Source of the DNA: Squalus acanthias
Taxonomy: Eukaryota
Assembly: GCA_030390025.1 (NCBI GenBank)
Contig: CM059432.1
Span: forward strand, 41,232,001-41,296,000
DNA: 64,000 nucleotides
Direction: 5' to 3'
Shown here: positions 36,001-47,750 of the stretch, piece after piece
How positions within the stretch are numbered: the first letter of the stretch is position 1
Layout: every line of letters begins with the position of its first letter
Notes under the pieces: model-generated
What the model was told of the DNA's origin: nothing
Database searches by the model: none
Seen by the model: the letters and a program-made list of their open reading frames with translations, nothing else
Translations under genes and position numbers: made by a program

Positions 36001-37629
36001 TAGGAGCAGGTCACTTGCCTGCAGTTTCAGTCAGGGAAATGTGTCATGGTTTGCTGGGTACAGAGGTGGCATGTGGTGAAGGGAGAGAAAAAAATGTTGG
36101 AGGGAGGTTTCAGTACTGTCTGAAATTGTTCTGTTTTATGATGTAGTTGTTAATATGATTAATAAAAATGTCAATTGAATAATTTAGATTCTATGTTTAT
36201 TGATGCGAAAAGGAAGCTTGTACTGTAATACAAAAGGAATTTTGTGAGTAATCACCAACCAGTGTACAAATGCTGTGTTACTCTTGTCTCTAAATACTTT
36301 ATTCTGGCTGAATCTAGGTTGATCAATGGCCTTTGTATTAAAAAGCATAATGGATACAGAAATCCAGGGAGCTCCATAATTTCTTTGAGATCCTAGCAAG
36401 TCTCCCAGAGCAATGCACACAATTTGTTGGAGGATACAATTGTTTTAACAACAGAAGCTTGATGCCCAATATCACACAGTATGTTGCATAAGTTGATTTG
36501 ACGTTACTCATGCGCAAAAAAAAATTCTCTCTTTCGGTAACTTTCTCTGCTCTATGGCTATACTGCCAGATGTAAAACTTTTTAATGATATAAATTTTTA
36601 ATTCACACAATAATAAAAACTACCGATTACCAGAGGTAATGCAATGCCAACTGGGATCTTACCTTCTGGAAAGGATCATCCGTTACCCGTACTCCGAGAT
36701 GAGGTCTCGTGTGCACATATACAAGTATGTCATACATCATGACATTATAATGGGCATTTGTATGCCTTAGTTGCCATTTAAAAAAAATAGCAGGAATGAA
36801 TCAAGAATCCAATTTTAGAATTATATTTTACTACATAGTGAGGAATGAGTTACGCGCCAAGGGTCACACCCTGCTTTATCAACAGGCTGAAAGGTTCGAT
36901 TGTTCACTCAGCTTCCTACATGTATGACAGTTGCAAACCTAGGTTAGCAAAAGAGAATAGTTCTAGGTTGCCAATTGCTGAAGCTGCAGGTTCTTTCAAA
37001 TATTTTTCATGCATGGCCATGCTCCTGTCCTTTCTTCCACTTTGTATAGGTGCCTTCCTAGGCTGATATATTGGCTCTTTACTATCCTTAGTAGCAAGCC
37101 ACTCCCTCTCTCATTCAACAACAGCTTATATACAAAGATGTCTCGGAGCACTGTAAACGTCAGTGTCTGAAGGAAAGGTTGCTGACTGAAGCAGAGGGAA
37201 TGAAAATTAGGCTGGTGCTGGTGGATAGAGGGTGCACCCAGGGACATAGAGCTAGAAGACTGGGCTGAGACTGAAGGGATTTGAAGGTGAGGTCAAGAAC
37301 CTTAATCAATTCTCTGGGATGTGGGAAGTTAATGGAGCTAAGTAAAAACAGGTGATGGTGTTGTGGGCCATCTTGTGGGAGAAGACATGGGCTGCAGTAT
37401 TTTGGATAACTTGTAATTTATGAATGTTAGAAACCGGGAGGCTGGCAAGGAGAGCATTGTAGAAGTCCAGCCACTGTGATTTTGAAAGATTTGGGATCAA
37501 GCTAGCGGATCGAGACATATTGATGTCCGTGATAGTGAGACTAAGAATGGGAGTTAATTGGTCAGTAACTAGAACAGAGGGGGTCATGTTGAACACTCAA
37601 AAAGTGAGTACTTTGCACTGAAAGTCCTT

Positions 37630-38307
37630 GGGGGAGAAATTGCATAGCGACCCGTTTGGGGCAATAACTTTTGCGGTAGTGCAAAAGTATCGCCGGGTGC
37701 TATGCGAGGGACTCTGAACCAAACTTCTGGTTTAACGCTCCAGGAAGGAAGTGGAGCACTAAATCAAGCGCTACCACTTCCCTTGGAGCGCTAAAGCTGG
37801 CAAGAGGGGCAGTAGCGGTGCAGCGCTGCCCAATGTCGAGGGCAGCGCTGCCGGGAACGGAGGCTCCTTCCCTCCCTTATAAAGGGAAGGGCCATCGCTG
37901 CAGGTTCTGCGTGGAAAGGAGGTCCCTCGTCGCCGACGGCAGCCGCGATCCGCGAAGATCAGCCCCAAGCACTCTAGCAGAGTGCATGGCTGATCAATCG
38001 CGGCCAAGGAAAACGATGAAAAATTGAAGTAACGCATTCAAAAAGTTTTTTCATTGACACAACCATTATCCCCTTTAAATAGTGCTCCCCAAGCCCCCGG
38101 TGATGCTGCAGGGGGCGGAACCAAAGTTCGGATCTGGGGCGATGCGCAACACGATGTCATGATCTCCGGACGCAGGAGATTGTGGTGCTAGGGTTACCGC
38201 CGCCGCAAATCTCGAAACTCGCCGCGCCCGGTCACAATGCCGGAGCACCCTGTTATCGCCGCTCGGAGGCGCTAACGGGAGGCGCAAAGGAGGCGAATTT
38301 CTAGTCC
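37630..38307. mobile_element. Harbinger-type MITE, family shared with 46916-47634 and 61835-62542
   Basis: GGGGGAGAAATT / rc GGACTAGAAATT ends; internal similarity to the other two copies. Confidence 0.85.
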
Positions 38308-38726
38308 TTTGTACCTGCAGTAATTTTCTCTCAAACTTTATTCCCCATCTCCAATTTTTCCTCATCCCTCTTGTCCTGGGGGTGTACATTCATTTTTGGG
38401 TTAAGGTTTACAGTCAATAGCAGACCTAATCCACCCAAGTCCTATTCTTTATGAGCGAGGCTGGACAGTATAGCTGAGGTTTTTCACTTGTGCACTTGCA
38501 ATTTTCCCCTATTCACTTTAAAGGACAAGAAAATAAAGGGCCGGTGAGCAAACAAACCCTGAACTGAGTGTTAGTGGGCTATTCAACTTCAGGAGCCATC
38601 ATAATCGAGCTTAATCCTTTCCTCCTCTCACATGTGCACACATACGGCATACAGCAGTGGTCACTGGATGGAAATCAGGAGCAGAAACCCTGTTCAATTT
38701 TCCCCTTCCTAGCCAGAGACAGTAGT

Positions 38727-40670
38727 GGCCTAGAAATTTGATTGTGCCTGAAAATGGGCGCGTAGGAGGTGGTGCATACACCTGTTAACGTGGTTGCAGG
38801 GACCATGTGAAATGGTGCTGCCAACTTATGATCATGAGTCAGCCATGCAGCTAGCGCTTCCTGTGCTATTTATTGGCTGTGTGCCTGTTTCGGGGTGGAA
38901 ATAGGGCTTGATTGACATTACTTAAAGAAAGCCAGCATCTCTTAAAGAGGAGGTGCGCTCTGACTGCAGACAACAAGGAAACATTCTCAAAGGGATAAAA
39001 TTGCCAGAATAAGGACAGAGAGGGCACGTAGGTTCTCAGATGCAGCTTTGGAGGTCCTGGTCCAGGCTGTCTACAGGAGGAGGGAGATACTGTCTACCCT
39101 CCCCACCCCCACCCCTCCGCAGGGCAGAAAGCCCTCCAGGCAACACTTCTGCTGCCAGTGGCAAGAGGTCGCTGAGGAGGTCAATGCCAGAAGCCTATCT
39201 GCCAGGACATGGCTGCAATGCAGAAAAAAGTTCAACGACCTCACCAGAGATGTCAAGGTAAGAATTGTACCTCTGACCTCAATTACTCAACACCTGCATC
39301 CTCAATACTCCCCTCCCGCTTCCCTTCACTCCTACAATCACTGAACTACACTTCACTCCACCTGCTCCTCACATACTCTGCATTTCCTACTCTCAGCACT
39401 ATTGCAACCCTTACTTCCCCGCACCTCACATCTTGCACACAACATATAAACTATTTTACCATGACAGGCACATTCTCTAAACACCTCACAAGGCTGTCAC
39501 TAATACACTCTTGTAGAAGATTGCACACATGTGTCAAGAGGCCACAACCAGAGGAGGCCAAGCCTACCCGTACATCTTTTACCCTCTGGAAGAAAACATG
39601 CTGACCATCACAGGCAGGGTAGGAGTCATGGTAAGTGGCAACATTGGGGGAGATGTCACACAGGGTTTCTTCACACCTTATCCTCTCTTTCCCTTCTTCT
39701 ATCTCATTCTACACAGTCCACATAACAAACTGCAGCTGCTTTCGCCAGCAACTCTCTTTCTCTGCTCTCCCTTCACACTAAAAGCTAACCCATGTTCCGC
39801 TTTCATTTCAGGTGCTGAAAATGTTGATGTCCCTGTGCCACTTTTGGAAGAGGAAGTCAGCCTTCCTGAAGATGCAGCGTCACTTCATCTGATCCCCAGC
39901 AAGCACCAGCTCAGAGACTGGCACCATGAATATTTAGAGGTGGGCAGGGGGATAGGACGCCACAGGTGCCAGCTTACCAGAGGGCGAGATTGCATACTAG
40001 CTCAGCTGCAGAGGACTCAGATACTCACTTCGAGTGCCTAGTCTACCGAAGAAGGCTGATGGGCATATACCATGAAATGCTAGGTGCAATGGGGAGCCTG
40101 ACAGCGAGCTTGCGCATAATAGCTCAGAACATGGAGGAGTCCACCACCAACTTGTGTCGGGGCATCACAGATTATGGAGACCAATCTGTCCAACGTGGAG
40201 TGACTGGTCAGCTCCATGAACACGATAGTGGCGCCCAACATGATGGAGCCTCTGCTGACACTGCTGCCATGGAAGATCAGATGGCTGCAATCTTTGGCTC
40301 TGGATCCAGTGTTTACAGGGGCTTCCAGAGTGTCACATCACTCCTGCACTCTGTTCTCCTACAGGGCCACAGGAGTGCTGAGGCACAGTCCTAGGGGAGT
40401 GGCCTTGAATACATAGAAAAGGCACCTGCAGTCCTCTCTCAGATGACAGCGTGCCTGCTCCCCCACCACACTCTCCGCCAGTGCCCTTGTTGGTGCCACA
40501 CAGCTAGCAAGATGCTGCAGTCAGCAGCCAGGCCCTCAAGGCCCACAGCTGCTTGAAGTCATGGCCATCTGAAGTGTTCACAATGGAAGCTCAACAGCCT
40601 TCCACCTCCCAAACTGTAGCCACTAGGAAAACACTTTGTAGGAACACTAGGATAGATAAATGAGCTATGT
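38727..40670 (+). pseudogene. Harbinger remnant: one TIR plus a decayed Myb/SANT gene, no transposase
   Basis: GGCCTAGAAATTTG terminus; LEVLVQAV...WQEVAEEVNA...RTWLQCRKKFNDLTR; same donor position and downstream homology (RRLMGIYHEMLGAM) as 2565-4908. Confidence 0.8.
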
Positions 40671-41554
40671 TAATATTAAATGCTTTTTATCTGTTTGCTG
40701 ACAGTTTTATTTTGTGTTTTGGAATTATTTTACACAAGTACAGCTCATTCAAATTTATGTTTAAATTATTCACAGTTTTTTTTAGTGAAGACAATTTTAG
40801 CACAACAGGAATAGCTGGGATTAGGAACTCCTCAGTCCCATATCCAAATCTTATAATCACTTGTTATTTTTAATCACATTTAATTAACTTTGATCTTTGT
40901 AATTAGCACATTTCATTAGCGTATTCTTATCTATTGGTACCTAAATTTCTGGAAGGTATTCAACCTGATTTGACCAAAACTACATACAATTGCATGTGTT
41001 TTTTTAAACCTTCTTAATAATAAATTGGTCAAATATTTGTTTAAGTCTGATAAATGATATGTAACTTTACTTAACTAATTTTATTTACAACTATTTCAAA
41101 TACCAAAAATACCACAAAATATATATTCTAACAATTGTTTTGGTATAAACTGAACTCTAATACCAGCACAACTGTTTAAACCGAACTCTAATATCACAAC
41201 TATTTTATTTTTCTAAAAGTGTTTTTCTCTTCTTCACTGACTTACACAAGGTACGTTTCCATGGGGTATAGCACCATTCAATACCTTACCCTAAGGCCTT
41301 TCTTCCAATTGTGAACCTAGAAGTGAGTGTTGACAGACTAATCAACTGGGAGGAGCCAGCATCGGAAAGGAACCAAATCCTGTCCTCCACCAACATCTGC
41401 AAGTGCACGTTCCTCTTGGAGTCACTGGATAGTGAGCAAGAGCAGGAACCCTAGCTCATTTATCTTTACAAGCACAGGAGTGCTAAATCCAACTGTACTG
41501 CCCATACCAACCCAGACTCAGATATGTTAACTCAGGACCCTTCCTGGTCAGTTT

Positions 41555-41820
41555 TTTTTATTCGTATATGGGATTTGGGCGTCGCTGGCAAGGCCAGCAT
41601 TTGTTGCCCATCCCTAATTGCCCTTGAGAAGGTGGTGGTGAGCCGCTGCCTTGAACCGCTGGTGAAGGTACTCCCACAGTGCTGTTAGGGAGGGAGTTCC
41701 AGGATTTTGACCCAGCGACGATGATGGATCGGCGATATACTTCTAAGTCAAGATGGTGTGTGACTTGGAGGGTACTTGGAGGTGGTGGTGTTCCCATGCG
41801 CCTGCTGCCCTTGTCCTTCT
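41555..41820 (-). mobile_element. LINE 3' end (second CR1-clade family)
   Basis: Reverse complement of the 58400-58615 tail. Confidence 0.78.
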
Positions 41821-41947
41821 GGGTTATATCAAGAAATTGAAGTATGTATGTGATGAAGAATTGGTTCTGAAGTGAGTGGCAGACGTTATATATACGCTTG
41901 TGCAAAATTTCACATCAAAAAGTGTCACTTTGCACCACAATTGCTGC

Positions 41948-43697
41948 AATTATGGGAAGCAGGGAAATGGCAGAGACCTTGAACAAATATTTTGTATTGG
42001 TCTTCACGGTAGAAGACACTAAAAGCATCCCAATAATAATAGATAATCAAGGGGCTATGGGGGGGGGGGGGACTTAAAATAATCACTATCGCTAGAGAAA
42101 AAGTACTAGGCAAACTTATGGGACTAAAGGTGGACAATTCCCCTGGACCTGATGGCCTGCATCCTAAGGTCTTAAAAGAAGTGGCTGCAGAGATAGTGGA
42201 TGCATTGGTTGTAATCTACTAAAATTCCCTGGATTCTGGAGAGGTCCCAGCAGATTGGAAAACCTCAAATGTAACACTCCTATTCAAGAAAGGAGGGAGA
42301 CAGAAAGCAGGAAACTATAGACCAGTTAGCCTAACATCTGTCATTGGGAAAATGCTGGAGTCCATTTTTAAGGAAGTAGTAGCAGGACATTTAGAAAATC
42401 ATAATACAGTCAAGCAGAGTCAGCATAGTTTTATGAAAGGGAAATCATGTTTGACAAATTTGCTGGAGTTCTTTGAGGATGTAACAAGCAGGTTGGATAA
42501 AGGGGAACCAGTAGATGTAGTGTATTTGGATTTCCAGAAGGCATTCGATAAGGTGCCACATTAAAGGTTACTGCACAAGATAAGAGCTCATGGGGTTGGG
42601 GGTAATATATTAGCATGGATAGAGGATTGGCTAACTAACAGGAATCAGAGAGTCGGGATAAATGGGTCATTTTCAGGCTGGCAAATTGTAACTAGTGGGG
42701 TGCCACAGGGATGAGTGCTGGGGCCTCAGCTGTTTACAATCTGTATTAATGACTTGGATGAAGGGACCGAGTGTAATGTAGCCAAATTTACTGATGATAC
42801 AAAGATAGGTGGTAAAGCAAGTTGTGAGAGGACACAAAGAATCTGCAAAGGGATATAGATAGGTTAAGTGAGTGAGCAAAAATTTGGCAGATGGAGTACA
42901 ATGTGGGAAATTGTGAGGTTATCCACTTTGGTAGGAAAAATAAAAAAGCAAATTATTATTTAAATGGATAGAGACTACAAAATACTGCGGTACAGAGGGA
43001 TCTTGGGGTCCTTGTACATGAAACACAAAAAGTTAGCATGCAGGTACAGCAAGTAATTAGGAAGGCAAATGGAATGTTGGCCTTTATTGCAAGGGGGATG
43101 GAGTATAAAAGTAGGGAAGTCCTGCTACAACTGTACAGGGTATTGGTGAGACCACACCTGGAGTACTGCGTACAGTTTTGGTCTCCTTATTTAAGGAGGG
43201 ATATACTTGCATTGGAGGCAGTTCAGAGGAGGTTCACTAGGTTGATTCCTGAGATGAAGGGGTTGTCTTATGAGGAAAGGTTGAGCAGGTTGGGCCTATA
43301 CTCATTGGAGTTTGGAAGAATGAGAGGTGATCTTATTGAAACGTATAAGATTCTGAGGGGACTTGACAAGGTAGATGCAGAGAGGATGTTTCCCCTCGTG
43401 GGAGAATCTAGAACTCGGGGGCATAGTTTCAGAATAAGGGGTCGCCCATTTAAAACGGAGATGAGGAGGAATCTTTGGAATTCTCAACCCCAGAGAGCTG
43501 TGGAGGCTGGGTCATTGAATATATTTAAGGTGGAGATAGACAGATTTTTGAACGATAAGGGAGTCCAGGGTTATGGGGAGCGGGCAGGGAAGTGGAGTTG
43601 AGGCCAAGACCAGATCAGCCATGATCTTATTGAATGGCGGATCAGGCTCGAGGGGCCAAATGGCCTACTCCTGCTCCTAATTCTTATGTAATTATGT
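41948..43697 (+). mobile_element. CR1 LINE, 5'-truncated, with in-frame stops
   Basis: Highly similar to 15170-17268; RT motifs; ttcttatg tail. Confidence 0.94.
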
Positions 43698-43828
43698 TAT
43701 TTTATATTTGTTTTTGCTCCGCTATGGATCTGAAAACTTTTGAAAAAAGATATTTGGATTCAGTTTACGGTCTACCCAGTAATCAGTTTTACCATTGTGT
43801 TTGGTGCAGGACTGATCCTTTGGTTAAT

Positions 43829-44293
43829 GTCAGCTGTGGCTCGTTGGTAGCACTCTCGCCTCTGAGTCAGAAGGTTGTGGGTCCAAGTCCCACTCCAGGG
43901 ACTTCAACACAAAAATCTAGGCTGTCACTCCAGTGCAGTAATGAGGGAGTGCTGCACTGTCGGAGGTGCCGTCTTTCAGATGAGATCTTAAACCGAGGCC
44001 CCGTCTGCTCTCTCAGGTGGACGTAAAAGATCCCATGGCACTATTTTGAAGAAGAGCAGGGGAGTTATCCCTGGTGTCCTGGCCAATATTTATCCCTCAA
44101 TCAATATCACTAAAACAGATTATCTGGCCATTATCACATTGCTATTTGTGGGAGCTTGCTGCTCACAAATTGGCTGCTGCGTTTCCTACATTACAACAGT
44201 AACTGCACTCCAAAACAGACTTCATTGGCTGTAAAGCGCTTTGGGACATCGGGTGGTCGTGAAAGGCGCTATATAAATGCAAGTCTTTCTTTC
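43829..44293 (+). mobile_element. Full-length tRNA-headed DeuSINE (SacSINE1-like)
   Basis: tRNA-like A/B-box head, Deu-domain-like core ggaggtgccgtctttc.gatgaga..ttaaaccgagg...aaagatcccatggcact, L2-like tail. Confidence 0.82.
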
Positions 44294-44329
44294 TAAATGC
44301 TCACCACCGGAGGGGATCGTTTACATTTG

Positions 44330-44935
44330 TGATGAGCGCGAAATTTGGTTTCGCGGCGGCACAATACATATGAAATGGCGACAGCGTTTGGTCAAGTACA
44401 GCAGAGGACTTGAAATCTTCGGGAAGGCCGCCCGCTCTCCTAGAGGGCGGCCGCTGGATGAGAGAGTGAGGCGGGCGGAGCTGTGACCCAGATCCCGCAA
44501 AGCCAGCAAACCGCCGTGAAACTGCTTTCAGCCGGGCGTTGCAGACCTCCGCCCAGACTTCTCCTGCACTTCGTCAAAATCATCGCTAAATATGTTGTCC
44601 AACTCCATCTACCCACTTTTCTCATTAAAACGAGCCTTTGCTGAACCTTGCGTTGGCATCGTGTGAACTTTAGAATGCAATCAAAACTTAACGTGCAGCT
44701 CCTTGAGGTTAAACTACTTGCACCGTTACTTTCTTGGTTCAGTTGCTAGCGCATGCCTTGTAACTTTTCCACGTCCCTGCCCTTATGGCGAGGGGTGGAG
44801 TGAGGGAAGGGGAGGAGGGAGCAGGCGAGATTTGTGGTCCGAGTTGAAATCTCCAGGAGCTGTCAGTGGAGCTTGGAGTTTTAGTGACATCACGGAAAAG
44901 CCCTGTTCTGATCGGATCTGCTTAATATAAACCAG
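44330..44935 (+). promoter_or_regulatory. GEM: Putative GEM promoter: CpG-enriched, with TGACATCA (44885-44892) and TATAAA (44926-44931)
   Basis: Motifs seen directly upstream of a strong donor (G|GTAAGA, 45060/45061) and of the first coding exon. Confidence 0.65.
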
Positions 44936-44954
44936 AGGAGAGATCAGAGAGAAT

Positions 44955-45060
44955 TAGAGCGACAGCACAATCATAGAGGATTATACATAAATCAGCAACC
45001 CCAGACATCCCCAACTCGAAATAAGCCAGAACGCCAGAGCACACGGTAGAAGACTGCAGG
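44955..45060 (+). other. GEM: Putative GEM non-coding exon 1 (TSS estimated from the TATA box)
   Basis: Donor GTAAGA at 45061; next acceptor ggcag at 45776 precedes the ATG at 45797. Confidence 0.55.
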
Positions 45061-45796
45061 GTAAGATACTTCACCCACACATTATTGTTCTTATTCGCAT
45101 GTAGCTCATTGCATTTTACTTAGTTTGTAACATTTCCTAATTCATAAGAGAACATGATATAATTTAACGCAATTGCAATTGTCAAATCACTTAGCGACCG
45201 CTTTTATCGAGTTACAAATGTCGTTTAGTTCTTCTCCAGTTTGTAGACGAGTTTACGTTTGGGAAATATTTCACTTTAACAATGTTAAGGAGTTTGCAAA
45301 ATATTGGAGGGAAGTGGGGAAAGAGCGATTGTGGTTTTACAGCAGTCTCTATGTTTTTTCAAGGGGAAATTCCTTTACAGTTTTATTCAGGGGCTTATAA
45401 AATAAAGTCCACTTGATGCTGATACCCAAAATGCTTTTCCCAGCGTATTTACTGAAACATATTAAAAGCGTGTTGGAAAAGTTTGCGAAAAACTTGCCTC
45501 AGAAAGTGGAAGAGATCTGGGGAGAAGACACAAGAAATTGTTCAGTGAACAGTTGGGTCTGTTTTGATTTTTATTCCCAGTTTGATAATGAAGACTCAGT
45601 GGTGGAAGGACCTTATCCCGTTAACTGTTACCTCGGCTGTCCTCCAACCCCCTTCCCCAGACACGTCCAATTGCTTTGGAATTGTTCACCCAGATCAGAA
45701 ACATGAACATAGCGCTAGCGGTGCCTTCACAAGTCTGTGATCTTTCTATTAATATCGGTCTGATCTTTGTCGGCAGTGGTGTGTGCGGAGTGAACC

Positions 45797-46118
45797 ATGA
45801 CTTTAAACGGCACTAGACGGCGCAGTAGCTCCTCGCTAACGCCGGCGCCGGCACAGCAACGCTGGAGCATACCGGCGGACGGCAAGCAGCTGTGGAGAGG
45901 GAGTTCGCACATGGTGCGATCGAAATCCTGCCTGAACCCCAGAGAGCCCTACAGGGGGAGCTGGTCCTCCGAGTCCTCCGACTCCGTCATCTCCACTGAT
46001 TCGGGCCACAGTCTGTACAGAGTGGTCCTGATTGGCGAAACGGGAGTTGGCAAGTCCACTTTGACGAGTATCTTTGCTGGTTTGCAAAATAACCTGGAGA
46101 ACTGGGACATTTTAGGGG
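45797..46118 (+). CDS. GEM: GEM (RGK-family GTP-binding protein) first coding exon
   Basis: MTLN...QQRWSIPADG...SWSSESSDSVIS...YRVVLIGETGVGKSTL (P-loop); donor GTAAGA at 46119; phase 1; downstream of RAD54B as in human. Confidence 0.94.
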
Positions 46119-46174
46119 GTAAGAATTTTAACGCTTTAAATCCTTTATTTTCGGTTAAGGAAATAACATGCATT

Positions 46175-46563
46175 TATGTAACAACTTGCATTTATATAGT
46201 GCCTTTCTTCCTTATATCGTCCCAGAGCGCTTCATAGCGAATAAAGTACTTTTGAATTGTCGTCACTCTTGTAGGCAAACGCCACACCCAATCTGCACAC
46301 AGCAAGGTCCCACAAACAGCAATGAGATAAATGACCAGATAATCAGCTTCTTAGTGATTTTGGTTGAAGAATAGATATTGGTCAGGACATGGGGAGAACT
46401 CCCCGCTCTTCAAATAGTGGCATGGGATCTTTTACGCCCACCTGAGAGAGCAGACAGGGCCTCGGTTTAATGTCTCATCTGAAAGATGGCACCACCAACA
46501 GAGCAGCACACTGTGGTGATACACTGAAATGTCAGCCTACATTATGTGCTCAAGTCTCTGGAG
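46175..46563 (-). mobile_element. DeuSINE copy split by the hAT element; remainder at 54244-54280
   Basis: Reverse complement of 43829-44293; breaks at ctctggag and resumes tggggcttgaa at 54252. Confidence 0.85.
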
Positions 46564-46739
46564 CAATGTTCCCTCTAACTTTTGTTTGTACTGAGCGGCC
46601 ACGAACTCCTTTGAGCATGACCTTATTGTCCATGGGCAAATTTTACAACAACAACTTTTACAACAGCAACCACGTAAAAGCATATATACAGTAATGCCAT
46701 ATTGCCACCCCACTGTCTCAAATCATGAGACAATCAGAC

Positions 46740-47750
46740 AAGGTTCTATACAAGTTTAACATAACTTCTCTGCTTTTGAATTCTATTCCTCTAGAAATGA
46801 ACCCCAGTGCTTTATTTGCGCTTTTATGGCTTTTTTAACCTGCATTACTACTTTTAATGATTTATGAATCTATACCCCTAGATCCCTTTGCACCTCTACA
46901 CCATTTAGACTCTTAAGGGGAGAAATTCAGTATCGCCATGTTTGGGGCGCTAACTATTGAAAGCTGGGAAACTTAGTGGCAGGCGCTAATGATTCCCAGC
47001 TTTTGCAAAATTCGGTGTTTGCGCTCCAGGAAAGCGCTAAACGATGCAGACAGGGCGGTAGTGGTGCAGCGCTGCACAATGTCCCGTGCAGCGCTGCTGA
47101 GATCCGAGGCTCCTGCCCTCCCTTAAAGGGAAGGGCCATCGCTGCAGGCTCTGTATTGGGACCAGTTAGCTGGTCCCCTGATGGCAGCCGCGATGCGGCC
47201 CGATCAGCCCCATGCACTCCAGCAGAGTGCCGGGCTGATCGATCACGGCCCAGGAGGAATCGAAAAAAATCAATCGCAATGTTATTAACATTTTTCTCCT
47301 ACCCGCGCCAGTATCCCCTTTTATTTGCACCTCCGAAGCTCCCGGCCTCCCAAACAACGCCTCCTGCAGCTGTCAGTGTTGTCACCTGGCGATGCTGCAA
47401 GGGGCGGAACCGAAGTTCGGGTCCGGGGCGCTACCGGGGCGCTGCACAGCCGATGACGTCACGATCTCCAGGCGCAGGAGATCGTGGCGCTAGTGGTTAC
47501 CGCCGCTACAAACCTCCACGTCAATTTCGCGGGCGTCAGTACTATCGCTGCGCCCGGTCGGTAAGTCATTAGTGCCCCGTTATCACCCCCCAGAGTCGAT
47601 AAAGAGAGGCGCTAAGGTACCGAATTTCTCCCCCTTATTTTCCAAGGAGTAGGTAGCCTCTTTATTCCTCCTACCAAAATGCACCACCTCACATTTACCT
47701 ATATTCAAATTCATTTGTCATTTACATGCCCATTCTGCAAGTTTGTTCAC
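46740..47750 (-). mobile_element. CR1 fragment inside the hAT element, split by a MITE
   Basis: Similar to 24750-25030; continuity across the TTA TSD. Confidence 0.75.
46916..47634. mobile_element. Harbinger-type MITE
   Basis: AGGGGAGAAATTC / rc GGGGGAGAAATTC; TTA TSD at 46913-46915 and 47635-47637. Confidence 0.9.

Noticed and set aside
43829..43900. tRNA gene
   Set aside because: tRNA-like head of a SINE, continuing into the Deu domain and tail
46976..47572. GC-rich ORFs in MITEs (also 17505-18047, 61905-62441, 37771-38389)
   Set aside because: Reading frames are not conserved among related copies; stop-poor because of GC content
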